Positions 41,069 through 49,821 of a stretch of 64,000 nt of DNA are shown piece after piece. The notes under the pieces were generated by a model. That model had not been told where the DNA came from and searched no databases. It saw nothing but the letters and a program-made list of their open reading frames with translations. The stretch comes from a virus (lineage: Duplodnaviria; Caudoviricetes), in IMG/VR virus record IMGVR_UViG_3300028886_000058, positions 60,602 through 124,601 of that record; one strand, written 5' to 3'. Each line of letters begins with the position of its first letter. The first letter of the stretch is position 1. A program made the translations under genes and the position numbers.

Positions 41069-41215
41069 ATGAAAGGTCCTGTTGTTGAAGAACCCGTTGT
41101 GATCGATCTCGATGAATATTTCGCTGAACATCCCGACGAAGAAGACGAGTTCATTGATGAAATGGCTCGTCTTTCCAATGTTGACGAAGTTCTTGAGTAT
41201 CCGGAGGACTGGTGA
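41069..41215 (+). CDS. Small acidic protein (48 aa)
   Basis: AAGGAGG SD; MKGPVVEEPVVIDLDEYF; below the ORF-track cutoff. Confidence 0.5.
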   Translation: MKGPVVEEPVVIDLDEYFAEHPDEEDEFIDEMARLSNVDEVLEYPEDW

Positions 41216-41481
41216 CAATGCAGATACTGGACAATCTGATTATCTTGACACTTCCTGTTCTTGCATTTATCGCTGGGAAGATCGTCTCTGATAACTACAA
41301 CGATAAAGTCATCTCCTATCTTCAGTATCAAATCAGGTTATTGTCTGCAAAGGAAGGTGTTGGATACGTCGCACCTCCTGCAAAGAAATATGTCCCGATA
41401 GGTCAGCCTTTCATGGACAAACTGAAAGAACAAGGCCGCGCTATCCAACAAATCCGCTCCGACAAAGGTGCGGAAACGTGA
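41212..41481 (+). CDS. Small membrane-anchored hypothetical protein
   Basis: N-terminal hydrophobic segment LIILTLPVLAFIAG. Confidence 0.55.
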   Translation: MTMQILDNLIILTLPVLAFIAGKIVSDNYNDKVISYLQYQIRLLSAKEGVGYVAPPAKKYVPIGQPFMDKLKEQGRAIQQIRSDKGAET

Positions 41482-41509
41482 CGGCGCAAGCGCCTGTTAA
41501 TTCCGTGAA
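41481..41509 (+). promoter_or_regulatory. Class A motif, copy 3 (upstream of ssb-1)
   Basis: ACGGCGCAAGCGCCTGTTAATTCCGTGAA. Confidence 0.65.
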
Positions 41510-41673
41510 AAGGGGAACCCATCACCCTTTTATAAGTGGCGTCCACTACCCACGTTAAATACCGCCGGTGGATAGACTGTCTCGGTCGATAATTGAGGGG
41601 CCGCATACGGGTCGAACAGTATGCCTCGAACAACAGAAATTAATTAATAAAAGAAATTATTGGAGGTACTAAA

Positions 41674-42039
41674 ATGAATCGCACTACTATTATTGGACAC
41701 GTTACCAAGGATGCCGAAACCCGCACTGTTAAGGTTGGCGGAATTGATACTCTGGTTACCGACTTCACCGTTGCCGCTAACGAAGGCTTCGGTGAGAACC
41801 AGAAGACCGCCTATTTCCGCATCACGATCTGGCGTGAGCGTGGAGCTAAGATGGCTCCGCATCTCGTGAAGGGCCGTGCTGTGGCTGCTACTGGCGTGGT
41901 TTCCGCTCGTGGCTGGAAGGACAACGAGGGTAACGCCCGTGCTCAGCTGGAACTGAACAACGCGTCTGTGGAGTTCATCGGCAAGAAGCCTGGTGAACCT
42001 GACGACCTGCCGTTCGTTCCGGACGAAGAGATCGCGTAA
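41674..42039 (+). CDS. ssb: Single-stranded DNA-binding protein 1
   Basis: MNRTTIIGHVTKDAE, FTVAAN, FRITIW, LVKG and the DDLPF tail. Confidence 0.92.
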   Translation: MNRTTIIGHVTKDAETRTVKVGGIDTLVTDFTVAANEGFGENQKTAYFRITIWRERGAKMAPHLVKGRAVAATGVVSARGWKDNEGNARAQLELNNASVEFIGKKPGEPDDLPFVPDEEIA

Positions 42040-42046
42040 TAATAAG

Positions 42047-42082
42047 GGAGTCGAGCTGATGGGAGCTCGGCTCCTATTTTTT
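42047..42082 (+). terminator. Terminator after ssb-1
   Basis: GGAGTCGAGC/GCTCGGCTCC stem with a T-run. Confidence 0.75.
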
Positions 42083-42157
42083 GTTTTTACGGGGCTGTTT
42101 TTTTCGGGCACCCGCTTTTTCCCCACGGCGCACTTTTACCCACGGGGCGACTGCTTC

Positions 42158-42197
42158 GGTACCGAACAATAAAGCACTTCGAAAAACACTATAAAGG
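42158..42197 (+). promoter_or_regulatory. Candidate class B promoter
   Basis: GGTACCGAACAATAAAGCACTTCGAAAAACACTATAAAGG aligns without gaps to the 49822 and 21562 copies. Confidence 0.6.
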
Positions 42198-42335
42198 AAA
42201 CACCCTATTGCATGCCCTATTTCTGTATGTCAGGACGACATGCTTTTTTTGAACGACTATTTATTCACCCGTGAATCTGGATATCGACGTGACCCTTGAT
42301 CTTTGAGGGTGACATTTAATAAAGGAGGCCTATTT

Positions 42336-42635
42336 ATGAGGGCGAAAATATCTATCCCGTATGCCGAACAGGAAATGGTTATTAACTATACTCCCGACAT
42401 GGGCAAAGAATGCGAAATATATACTACCATTCCCTGGATGATGAAACATCTGGAAACTATGGTTGAAAAATACCCTGATATATATATTCTTGTTAAAGAC
42501 GATCAGTATTCTTATACTGTACGACTGCCTTATAAACTTATTAAGCCGCGTGCTCCTAAAGTAATGACTGAAGAAGAAAAGACTGTGTTGGCAACACGAC
42601 TGGCTGAAGCGAGGAAGAAGAATGGACGTACTTGA
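42336..42635 (+). CDS. Hypothetical protein
   Basis: AAGGAGG SD, ATG at 42336. Confidence 0.65.
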   Translation: MRAKISIPYAEQEMVINYTPDMGKECEIYTTIPWMMKHLETMVEKYPDIYILVKDDQYSYTVRLPYKLIKPRAPKVMTEEEKTVLATRLAEARKKNGRT

Positions 42636-42864
42636 AGCTTGGTATAAAATTAGTAACAGTATTCCTTGTGGTGAATTTACCTGTGAAGAATGCGCTAAAT
42701 ACTATGGAGTAGACAGCAATGTATGTGAGCGTGGTGTTATCGACAGAAAAGAAGCCTTGAAGTTTATTAAATCCGTGACTGAAAAGCTTAAAGAAAGATA
42801 TAATGACCCTGTATGTAATGTTTCTGAAGATGATTTAGTGGATATTATATTGTCCTGTGACTGA
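42622..42864 (+). CDS. Hypothetical Cys-containing protein with acidic-hydrophobic C-tail
   Basis: CEEC motif; ends VSEDDLVDIILSCD. Confidence 0.55.
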   Translation: MDVLEAWYKISNSIPCGEFTCEECAKYYGVDSNVCERGVIDRKEALKFIKSVTEKLKERYNDPVCNVSEDDLVDIILSCD

Positions 42865-43200
42865 AATCTATCATTATAGTTATTATATATATTAATATAA
42901 TAAGAAGAAACAGAATTATTTATCTTTAGTCTGAATAATTGATTATTGGACTGGAATTATATTCTTTTTAAAGGAAATAATGACTGGAATATATATGGTA
43001 TTGATAGATTATTGTAGAGAATATAGTTGCTGATGGAATAATTATATCATCGTCATCATCATTATATCATCATCATTTTTATCATCATTATATTCCCCTT
43101 TCAATTACAACAATAATTTTATATTCCCTTTTCTTTCAATTACAATAACAATTACATTCTTTTTTCAATCAAAATAACAACAAATATTATATATTCTGCA
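42865..43200. repeat. AT-rich low-complexity intergenic region with (CAT)n and ATATTCCC(C)TTT...CAATTACAA direct repeats
   Basis: Repeats seen directly at about 43046-43160; no ORF. Confidence 0.55.
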
Positions 43201-43224
43201 GTAACTGCTATATAGGAGAAATAA

Positions 43225-43551
43225 ATGAAAATACATACTATTACATGGTACGAATCTATAGATAGTAAATTATTTACAGATGAATTTGAATGTATAATGC
43301 ATGATATTAACATTCTTTATAAAAACAGTGGAGTAGTATTTTATAAAAACAAAAAGAAAATAGAATACTTAGAAGATGATAATACTTATAACTACATGAC
43401 TGATGTATACATAGATAGAGATAAAGCCGCGAGTAACAAAAGGTTTCGTAACGCCGTTGAATATGGTCTGGGATGGTCTCTTGTAATTGAAGCGCTTGAT
43501 GGTGATGGAACTCATTACAAGCTTACAGATAAGGCCGTGAAAATTGAATGA
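43225..43551 (+). CDS. Hypothetical protein
   Basis: AGGAG SD and a 108-aa ORF. Confidence 0.6.
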   Translation: MKIHTITWYESIDSKLFTDEFECIMHDINILYKNSGVVFYKNKKKIEYLEDDNTYNYMTDVYIDRDKAASNKRFRNAVEYGLGWSLVIEALDGDGTHYKLTDKAVKIE

Positions 43552-43865
43552 ACGATAAATTAAACGAATTTTTAAACAGTAAATGTTGTGTAAAAATTAC
43601 CCTGAATGATTTTTGCTGCCTGGATGAATTTCAGGAAACAGTTAAGGTTAAGTTTTCTTCGGGACATTCTTTAAATGATCATTACATTAAAAGCCTTGTT
43701 GAAGATAAAGATATTATTTATGTTTATTGCAAATACGGAAAAATTTTCTATCAGACTTTACAAACTTTTGAATGCAAAAGACGAGTTTACTCAATGACTG
43801 AATTTCTTGAATATAATAATTTCGAACTGAACGACAATGAAATAATGAGTGTGCTCAATGGATGA
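43548..43865 (+). CDS. Paralog family P1 protein
   Basis: Shares (E/K)FL(N/S)...C(V/L)...IT with the next two ORFs, plus the shared C-tail. Confidence 0.6.
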   Translation: MNDKLNEFLNSKCCVKITLNDFCCLDEFQETVKVKFSSGHSLNDHYIKSLVEDKDIIYVYCKYGKIFYQTLQTFECKRRVYSMTEFLEYNNFELNDNEIMSVLNG

Positions 43866-44154
43866 ATTTTTAAGTGGTGAAAAATATCTTCGTTTAACTG
43901 TTGATGATATTCCGCATTTGGATAAATTAGCCTCTTTGGATGTAAAGTTTGTATCAGGTGATACATTGTATGGTGATTACATAAAGAAAACTCTCAAAAA
44001 ATATAATGTGATTTATCTGAAAAACAACAAAAAAGGAGTTACGTTTTTAAGCGTTGGATTTTTACCGTCTGAAGAACATACTATTTGCATATCTGATATA
44101 AAAATATTCGATGTTTCTGAAAATGAACTAATGGAGATTTTAAATGATAGATAA
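43858..44154 (+). CDS. Paralog family P1 protein
   Basis: MDEFLSGEKYLRLT...KFVSG...DVSENELMEIL. Confidence 0.6.
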   Translation: MDEFLSGEKYLRLTVDDIPHLDKLASLDVKFVSGDTLYGDYIKKTLKKYNVIYLKNNKKGVTFLSVGFLPSEEHTICISDIKIFDVSENELMEILNDR

Positions 44155-44443
44155 GTTTTTATCTGGAGAATGTTGTGTATTAATAACAAAAGAAGATCTT
44201 CCTATTCTTGGTGAATTTGTTAAAGCCGCTGGGGATATTAAGTGGGCAGATGGAAGAAAATTTAACAGTTCTCTTGTGTATGATTTAGCCAATAGATATG
44301 AAAAAATATGGGTTGGATATTCTGACGAAGTAACGTTTTCAACTCATGGATCATGGAAAGAATATGAATATCCTGTTTGTGATTTTAAACAAAGGTCAAT
44401 TGAAATAACCGAAGAAGAAATAATCGGATTGATGGGTGACTGA
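44144..44443 (+). CDS. Paralog family P1 protein
   Basis: MIDKFLSGECCVLIT...KWADG...EITEEEIIGLM. Confidence 0.6.
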   Translation: MIDKFLSGECCVLITKEDLPILGEFVKAAGDIKWADGRKFNSSLVYDLANRYEKIWVGYSDEVTFSTHGSWKEYEYPVCDFKQRSIEITEEEIIGLMGD

Positions 44444-44445
44444 AA

Positions 44446-44793
44446 ATGAATATCATCGTAGCGGGTGGAAGAACGTTTGATAATTATTCTCTGTTAAAAG
44501 AGCGACTGGATTTTTATTTCAAAGGCATTAAGCCGACAATTATATGCGGAGAAGCAAAAGGCGCTGATACATTAGGTCGGAAATACGCGACTGAAAATGG
44601 ACTTAGGATTTTATCATGCCCTGCTAACTGGAAGATGTATGGTAAAGCCGCTGGATATATCAGAAACGAACAGATGGCTGATATGGCTGACGGACTGGTA
44701 GCATTTTGGAACGGAAAGTCTCGTGGTACAAAACATATGATTGATACTATGTGTAAAGCCGGAAAACAAGTGAGGATTGTAAAATATGAATGA
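44446..44793 (+). CDS. SLOG-family (YspA/DUF2493-like) protein
   Basis: IIVAGGRTF, GEAKGAD, AGYIRNEQM and AFWNGKSRGTKHMI motifs. Confidence 0.85.
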   Translation: MNIIVAGGRTFDNYSLLKERLDFYFKGIKPTIICGEAKGADTLGRKYATENGLRILSCPANWKMYGKAAGYIRNEQMADMADGLVAFWNGKSRGTKHMIDTMCKAGKQVRIVKYE

Positions 44794-45201
44794 AATAATT
44801 ATCCGTATTTATTGGGACGATTTGTCTGAAAATATGAAGCAGAGACTTCTTGATGTTTTTGGTGACAATATGAACTGGGACGTAATTCCAATGTGTACGT
44901 TTGAAATTAACAATGAGTTTTCTAATTATCCAAATCAAAATATCACATTGGATTCTTTTCTTGGAGACGTTTATGAAGCGAATGATTGAATATATTAATG
45001 AATATATTTCAATAGACAGACCGCAACAATTAAAGAAGTGCAAAAGATGCAAGGCTGAGTTTGCTGTTTTAAGAAATTCTAATTTTTATAAAACAGTATG
45101 CTTCTGCCCTTATTGCGGACAACAGTCTGTAAAGAATAAAAGCCGCATTGATTATGATGAAAAGTAATTTATAAAAGCTGTTATAACAAAATGCTTAATA
45201 G

Positions 45202-45489
45202 GTGACTGATATGTATAATATTGGAGATAAAGTACGCATAAAAGAAAACGCAAATGTAATTTACGTAAAAGGCATAGCCTGGGTTCCGCCAATGAACAAA
45301 TATCTTGGTACGGAAACTACTGTTATCGGCATCGAACAAGATAAATTTTATTTGCTTGATGGTTGTCATATTTGCGAAGGTGCTAGTAAATCAGATTATT
45401 ATTGGTTCGGCTCTGAGTGGCTTGAACTGGTTGAAGACTGTTTTATAAATGAAATTGAAACCAATGATTTATTAAGTTTATTTCAATGA
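45202..45489 (+). CDS. Paralog family P2 protein (SH3/KOW-like)
   Basis: YNIGDKVRIK...W...MNKYLG...YWF...WLE. Confidence 0.6.
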   Translation: MTDMYNIGDKVRIKENANVIYVKGIAWVPPMNKYLGTETTVIGIEQDKFYLLDGCHICEGASKSDYYWFGSEWLELVEDCFINEIETNDLLSLFQ

Positions 45490-45506
45490 TGGAAAAAGGA
45501 GTTAAT

Positions 45507-45956
45507 ATGCTATACGAAATAAAAGGAGATATAGTGACTGGAAATTTTAATTTCTTTGTCCAGCAAGTAAACTGCAAAGGTGTGATGGGTGCTGGACTGG
45601 CAAAACAAATTCGTGACAAATATCCTGCAGTATATTACGACTATATAAATGCAATTAAATATGAAAACGCAACGCTTGGGCATGTATTGTTTTCGCCCGC
45701 AAATGGAAGAATATGTGTATGTCTGTTTTCCCAATATGGATACGGTCGGGATAAACGATATACGGACTATAAAGCGTTTAACAAATGTCTGACAGTTCTG
45801 CAAAGAATGATTAGTGACTACCCGGCAGAATATACAATTGCGTTTCCGTATGGAATTGGCTGTGGATTGGCGGGTGGTGACTGGAATATCATTCGTCCAA
45901 TGCTTGAGCAGTTTTCAGAAAATGTAAAACAAAAAGTATATATCGTAATGAAATGA
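45507..45956 (+). CDS. Macrodomain (ADP-ribose binding/hydrolase)
   Basis: IKGDI, QQVNCKGVMGAGLAKQI and IAFPYGIGCGLAGGDW motifs. Confidence 0.9.
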   Translation: MLYEIKGDIVTGNFNFFVQQVNCKGVMGAGLAKQIRDKYPAVYYDYINAIKYENATLGHVLFSPANGRICVCLFSQYGYGRDKRYTDYKAFNKCLTVLQRMISDYPAEYTIAFPYGIGCGLAGGDWNIIRPMLEQFSENVKQKVYIVMK

Positions 45957-46259
45957 GTGACTAGAATGTTTAAAGTAGGCGATATTGTTGAAATTCATTA
46001 TCATGGAGAAGAAAACGGTTGGTTTCCGATGGAAGGAAGCCCTGTTAAGAATTTGGAAGGAAGTATAGCCAGGATTTCAGAAATAAAAGAGCTTGCGTTT
46101 AAAGGTGGCAGCTATTATTGTCTGGAATTCATTGAAATTAACGCGAAAGATCCCGCAAAGTTTGAAAGCTCAATGGGCGATTTAATATGGAAAGACAGGC
46201 ATCTCATACCGCATACCAATATCAATATTAACACTGATGATCTATTAAAATTACTTTAA
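45957..46259 (+). CDS. Paralog family P2 protein
   Basis: FKVGDIVEI N-terminus and the shared C-tail. Confidence 0.55.
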   Translation: MTRMFKVGDIVEIHYHGEENGWFPMEGSPVKNLEGSIARISEIKELAFKGGSYYCLEFIEINAKDPAKFESSMGDLIWKDRHLIPHTNININTDDLLKLL

Positions 46260-46351
46260 ATTGTTGACGACGGCCTCGTAAACTCGGCCTATAAAAATGA
46301 AATACCTTTCTATCCTACAATGCCATTTTCAACTACCGATAAAGGAGAGTT

Positions 46352-46684
46352 ATGAGTGCTATTTTAGAATTTTTAGATAAAGAAGCTTGTATTGATTTAA
46401 CCCTTGAAGAAAATTTTGATGTTGAAAAGTTAGCTTCAGTTTTAAGTGAAGCTGGAGTTCATACAAACATTGAAAGACTTGGTGGGTTGAACAAATATAT
46501 AGACGAGTGTATATCTCAAGGTTGGGAAGTTATTTTTTGCGAAAATGATCTTGATATAAACGCTGGCAGAGGATCGTTTGCTAAAGAAATAAGAGAATCA
46601 AAAAATGTTTATCCGCCATCTCGTTTTATAGGTTTTGATGCAAAAATAGAAGATGAAGATATAAACAAAATATTTGGGTGGTAG
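46352..46684 (+). CDS. Hypothetical protein (P1-like)
   Basis: LEFLDKEACIDLT; C-tail KIEDEDINKIF. Confidence 0.55.
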   Translation: MSAILEFLDKEACIDLTLEENFDVEKLASVLSEAGVHTNIERLGGLNKYIDECISQGWEVIFCENDLDINAGRGSFAKEIRESKNVYPPSRFIGFDAKIEDEDINKIFGW

Positions 46685-46685
46685 T

Positions 46686-46961
46686 ATGAGATTTAAAGCT
46701 GGCGACTATGTTATGGTTAAACCAAGAGACGAAATAGAGTATGACGATTGTATTGGTTGGGATTCAGAAATGGACCAATATTGCGGAAAGTGCTTTATTG
46801 TTCGTTCTGTGTATAACAATTATTATAACCTTGAAAGTGCAGGTTCTGGGAATATAAACGGAAACGGATATTGGATGTTTGTAGATAAATGGCTGGATTA
46901 TGCAGACAGAGTTGAGTTTGATTTATCTGAAGACGAATTAATAGGAGTTTTAAATGTATGA
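46686..46961 (+). CDS. Paralog family P2 protein
   Basis: FKAGDYVMVK...WDSEMDQYCG...YWMFVDKWLD. Confidence 0.6.
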   Translation: MRFKAGDYVMVKPRDEIEYDDCIGWDSEMDQYCGKCFIVRSVYNNYYNLESAGSGNINGNGYWMFVDKWLDYADRVEFDLSEDELIGVLNV

Positions 46962-47223
46962 AAAAGGCGATTACGTTACCGTAAAAGATGGAACTGGAAG
47001 TCGTTATTGGAACAAACAAATGGAAAAATATGTAGGTCGTGTATTTCAAGTTCTTGATCGTGTCGGAGAAGAATATGTTTTAGAAGATTGTTTAGAAAAT
47101 GAAATATTAAATGATATTGAAATATACGGCTATTACTGGTTGTTTGATGAATCATGGCTTGAACCAGCACAATCTTGCGAAATTGATTTAAAAGAACAAG
47201 AAATAATGGAAATATTTAAATAA
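46954..47223 (+). CDS. Paralog family P2 protein
   Basis: YEKGDYVTVK...WNKQMEKYVG...YWLFDESWLE. Confidence 0.6.
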   Translation: MYEKGDYVTVKDGTGSRYWNKQMEKYVGRVFQVLDRVGEEYVLEDCLENEILNDIEIYGYYWLFDESWLEPAQSCEIDLKEQEIMEIFK

Positions 47224-47265
47224 AAAAGGGAACATATATATTATATATTTTTGTGTTCCCTTTTT
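47223..47265. promoter_or_regulatory. Inverted repeat AAAAAGGGAACA...TGTTCCCTTTTT (operator or bidirectional terminator)
   Basis: 12-bp arms; the same GGGAACAT half-site occurs at 33826-33933. Confidence 0.5.
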
Positions 47266-47299
47266 AATAGAAATTAATTACAAAAGAAAGGATATTGTT

Positions 47300-48184
47300 A
47301 TGTGGAAAATGGATAAAGAAACTATTAGAGTGTTGAACAAGTGTATGATGGAGACTGATCCTCGAAATGGTTGGTACGGTGTTACGCCAGAACTTGCTAA
47401 ACTATTGCTTGAATATAATGTAAACAATTACAGAGTGTTTAACAAAAATGTTCTTGAGAAATATGCTAAAGATATGAAAAATGGTCTTTGGCAGAAAAAC
47501 GGAGAACCAATTGTTTTCAGTAAAGAAGGAATCCTAAATAATGGACAGCATAGATTAAAAAGCATCATTAAAAGCGGTGTAGCCGTTATTATATACTTGA
47601 TTTTTGATGCGGACAAATCTGATATTTATGATAGTCAATATAAACGTACAATTACTCAAATTCTCCGTTCCGTTGGCTACAGTGTTACAACTGCCGTCCC
47701 TGCAACTGCACGCGTAATGATGGCTGGAAAGTTTTCTAAAATGAATGTTGGTGAAGGACAGATTATTGAGTATTGTATTGATCATATGGATCATCTGAAG
47801 CTTGCAGAAAATATCGTGTGTACAAATGGTTTAATGTGTCGTAAGGCCGCATGTGAAACTATTGTTTATTGCATTTTGAAGACTGGAGAAATGACAGAAC
47901 GCGAAATGCGCGACTTCTTTAAGGTTGTAAACAGCGGTAAGAAATGCAGACTTCGTAGAGAAGTAGGATCAGCTCTTGCAATTAATAAATATTTTAAGAG
48001 CAACCCTTATGGAAGTTATGATGAACGTAATAGAATGCTTGAATATGTATATAAGGCCATGCTTGACTTCCACTCTAACGTATATCATGACCCTAAAGAA
48101 CCATATACTTCAGATACCAATTTGGCTGATCGGTTAATTAAAATGGTGCAGTGTATGGATGGACATTGTCCAATTGCTGCTTGA
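47300..48184 (+). CDS. ParB/Srx-superfamily (GQHRL-type) phage protein
   Basis: VTPELAK.LL...NYR...YAKDM..G.W..NGEPI.F...G.L.NGQHRL motif. Confidence 0.7.
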   Translation: MWKMDKETIRVLNKCMMETDPRNGWYGVTPELAKLLLEYNVNNYRVFNKNVLEKYAKDMKNGLWQKNGEPIVFSKEGILNNGQHRLKSIIKSGVAVIIYLIFDADKSDIYDSQYKRTITQILRSVGYSVTTAVPATARVMMAGKFSKMNVGEGQIIEYCIDHMDHLKLAENIVCTNGLMCRKAACETIVYCILKTGEMTEREMRDFFKVVNSGKKCRLRREVGSALAINKYFKSNPYGSYDERNRMLEYVYKAMLDFHSNVYHDPKEPYTSDTNLADRLIKMVQCMDGHCPIAA

Positions 48185-48499
48185 TGGTATTATACAACAA
48201 ACGACTGGCAATAAAGTTTAGTTGTAGTAAACGATATATTTAGGTAAAGGTTACCGAAACATATAAGATGCCTGAAAGCTTTATATTACAATGGTTTCAG
48301 ACGTTATTGCAATGTTGGTATTATGGCATTTATTAACTTGCATGCAACGTTGTTTTACTTATATTTACAACAGATTTTTTGTCATGGTTTTAAAACGTTT
48401 TTTAAACATTATACGTTGAAACAAAATAAACTGCACGTATATTTATAAAATTTATCAAACAAAAGAAATTATTTTACAAAAGAAAAGGAGTGTATATTT

Positions 48500-48886
48500 A
48501 TGCAGAAAATTATCATTTGTGGCAATCTTACTGCCGATCCGATTATTAATGAACGGGAATATGTGGTTAAAGATACGGCAGAAATTAAAAAGACAAAGGT
48601 TGCTAATTTTACTGTGGCTGTTGACAGTGGCTATGGTGAAAGGAAAACTACACAGTTCTTCAGGGTAAATGCATGGCGCGGACTTGGCGAAACTTGTGCA
48701 AAGTATCTTGAGAAGGGTCGTCAGGTTATGGTTGAAGGCGTTGTCTCTCTTAACAATTACGTTGACAAGAACAATAACCTTCGTGCTGTAATGGAAATTC
48801 GTGCAAATGAAGTACAGTTTCTTGGCAGCAAGGGCGTTGAGACTCCTGAAGAACTTCCTCCTGAAGAAGAGGAAATGCTTTATTAA
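48500..48886 (+). CDS. ssb: Single-stranded DNA-binding protein 2
   Basis: IIICGNLTADP, FTVAVD, FFRVNAW, YLEKGRQVMVEG and EVQFL motifs. Confidence 0.92.
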   Translation: MQKIIICGNLTADPIINEREYVVKDTAEIKKTKVANFTVAVDSGYGERKTTQFFRVNAWRGLGETCAKYLEKGRQVMVEGVVSLNNYVDKNNNLRAVMEIRANEVQFLGSKGVETPEELPPEEEEMLY

Positions 48887-48905
48887 GACATTATCTAATT
48901 GCTGG

Positions 48906-48940
48906 GGAGCAGGTTTGATGGGAGCCTGCTCCTGTTTTTT
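48906..48940 (+). terminator. Terminator after ssb-2
   Basis: GGAGCAGG/CCTGCTCC stem with a T-run; same TGATGGGA loop as the ssb-1 terminator. Confidence 0.75.
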
Positions 48941-48954
48941 AAAAGGAGTTCAGA

Positions 48955-49440
48955 ATGAGATATCACGTTAAAGATACTGATATGTATTTTGATGATTACG
49001 AAGAAGCTGTTGATTATTGCTTAGATGATGACTATCACTGGGATGATGAATGGACTTTTAAAGATTATGTAAATGAAGCATATGGTAGCATCGAAATTTG
49101 TGGCAGAACCTTTTATGCGTATGACATTCTTGAAGGAATAGATGACAATCTGTTAGACGACTTGCATAGAGATTTCTGCAATGACGAAAACGACAGAGAT
49201 CGAGAAGATGCTTTGTATGAATTACGCAATGCAGATGCTGGAGAAGAAATTGAATGTCAAAGCTACACTATCGTAGTAGTTGAAGATGAAGAAGAATTAA
49301 ACGAAGAAGATCAAGAAGATTATATTGAAGCAACGCGCAGATACTACGATGAACAATCTGCAATCGCTAAAGAAATTGAAACAAACGAAAAGAACATGGA
49401 AAAAGATATGATTAGCTTGTTTCAAGTAATCGGAGGTTAA
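48955..49440 (+). CDS. Highly acidic hypothetical protein
   Basis: 161 aa, very D/E-rich. Confidence 0.65.
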   Translation: MRYHVKDTDMYFDDYEEAVDYCLDDDYHWDDEWTFKDYVNEAYGSIEICGRTFYAYDILEGIDDNLLDDLHRDFCNDENDRDREDALYELRNADAGEEIECQSYTIVVVEDEEELNEEDQEDYIEATRRYYDEQSAIAKEIETNEKNMEKDMISLFQVIGG

Positions 49441-49441
49441 T

Positions 49442-49813
49442 GTGGGATATTATACTGAACACACAATGACCGTAAGAAACGTTTTAAATAAAGATCAATA
49501 TGAAGCACTCAAAGAAGAAATGGAAAGCCGTGATTTAATCGGGTATGCTTTTGATGAAGGATCTTACGATGAAAAAAATCACGAAGTATTTTTTGGATGC
49601 TATGACAGCGCAAAATGGTACGATCATCCAACTGATATGGTAGCAATTGCAGAAAAGTTTCCGAATATGTTTTTCGAACTTTGTGGAGCTGGCGAGGAAT
49701 TTGGAGACTTTTGGAAAGAATATTATCATGATATGGATGTTGAGACTTGTAGAGGCGACGTTGTATTTGAAAAGCCTCATAAAATTCCATGGAATAGACT
49801 GATTAAATTTTAA
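49442..49813 (+). CDS. Hypothetical protein
   Basis: MGYYT...KWYDH..DM...GEEFGDFW pattern. Confidence 0.65.
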   Translation: MGYYTEHTMTVRNVLNKDQYEALKEEMESRDLIGYAFDEGSYDEKNHEVFFGCYDSAKWYDHPTDMVAIAEKFPNMFFELCGAGEEFGDFWKEYYHDMDVETCRGDVVFEKPHKIPWNRLIKF

Positions 49814-49821
49814 ATTAATTC

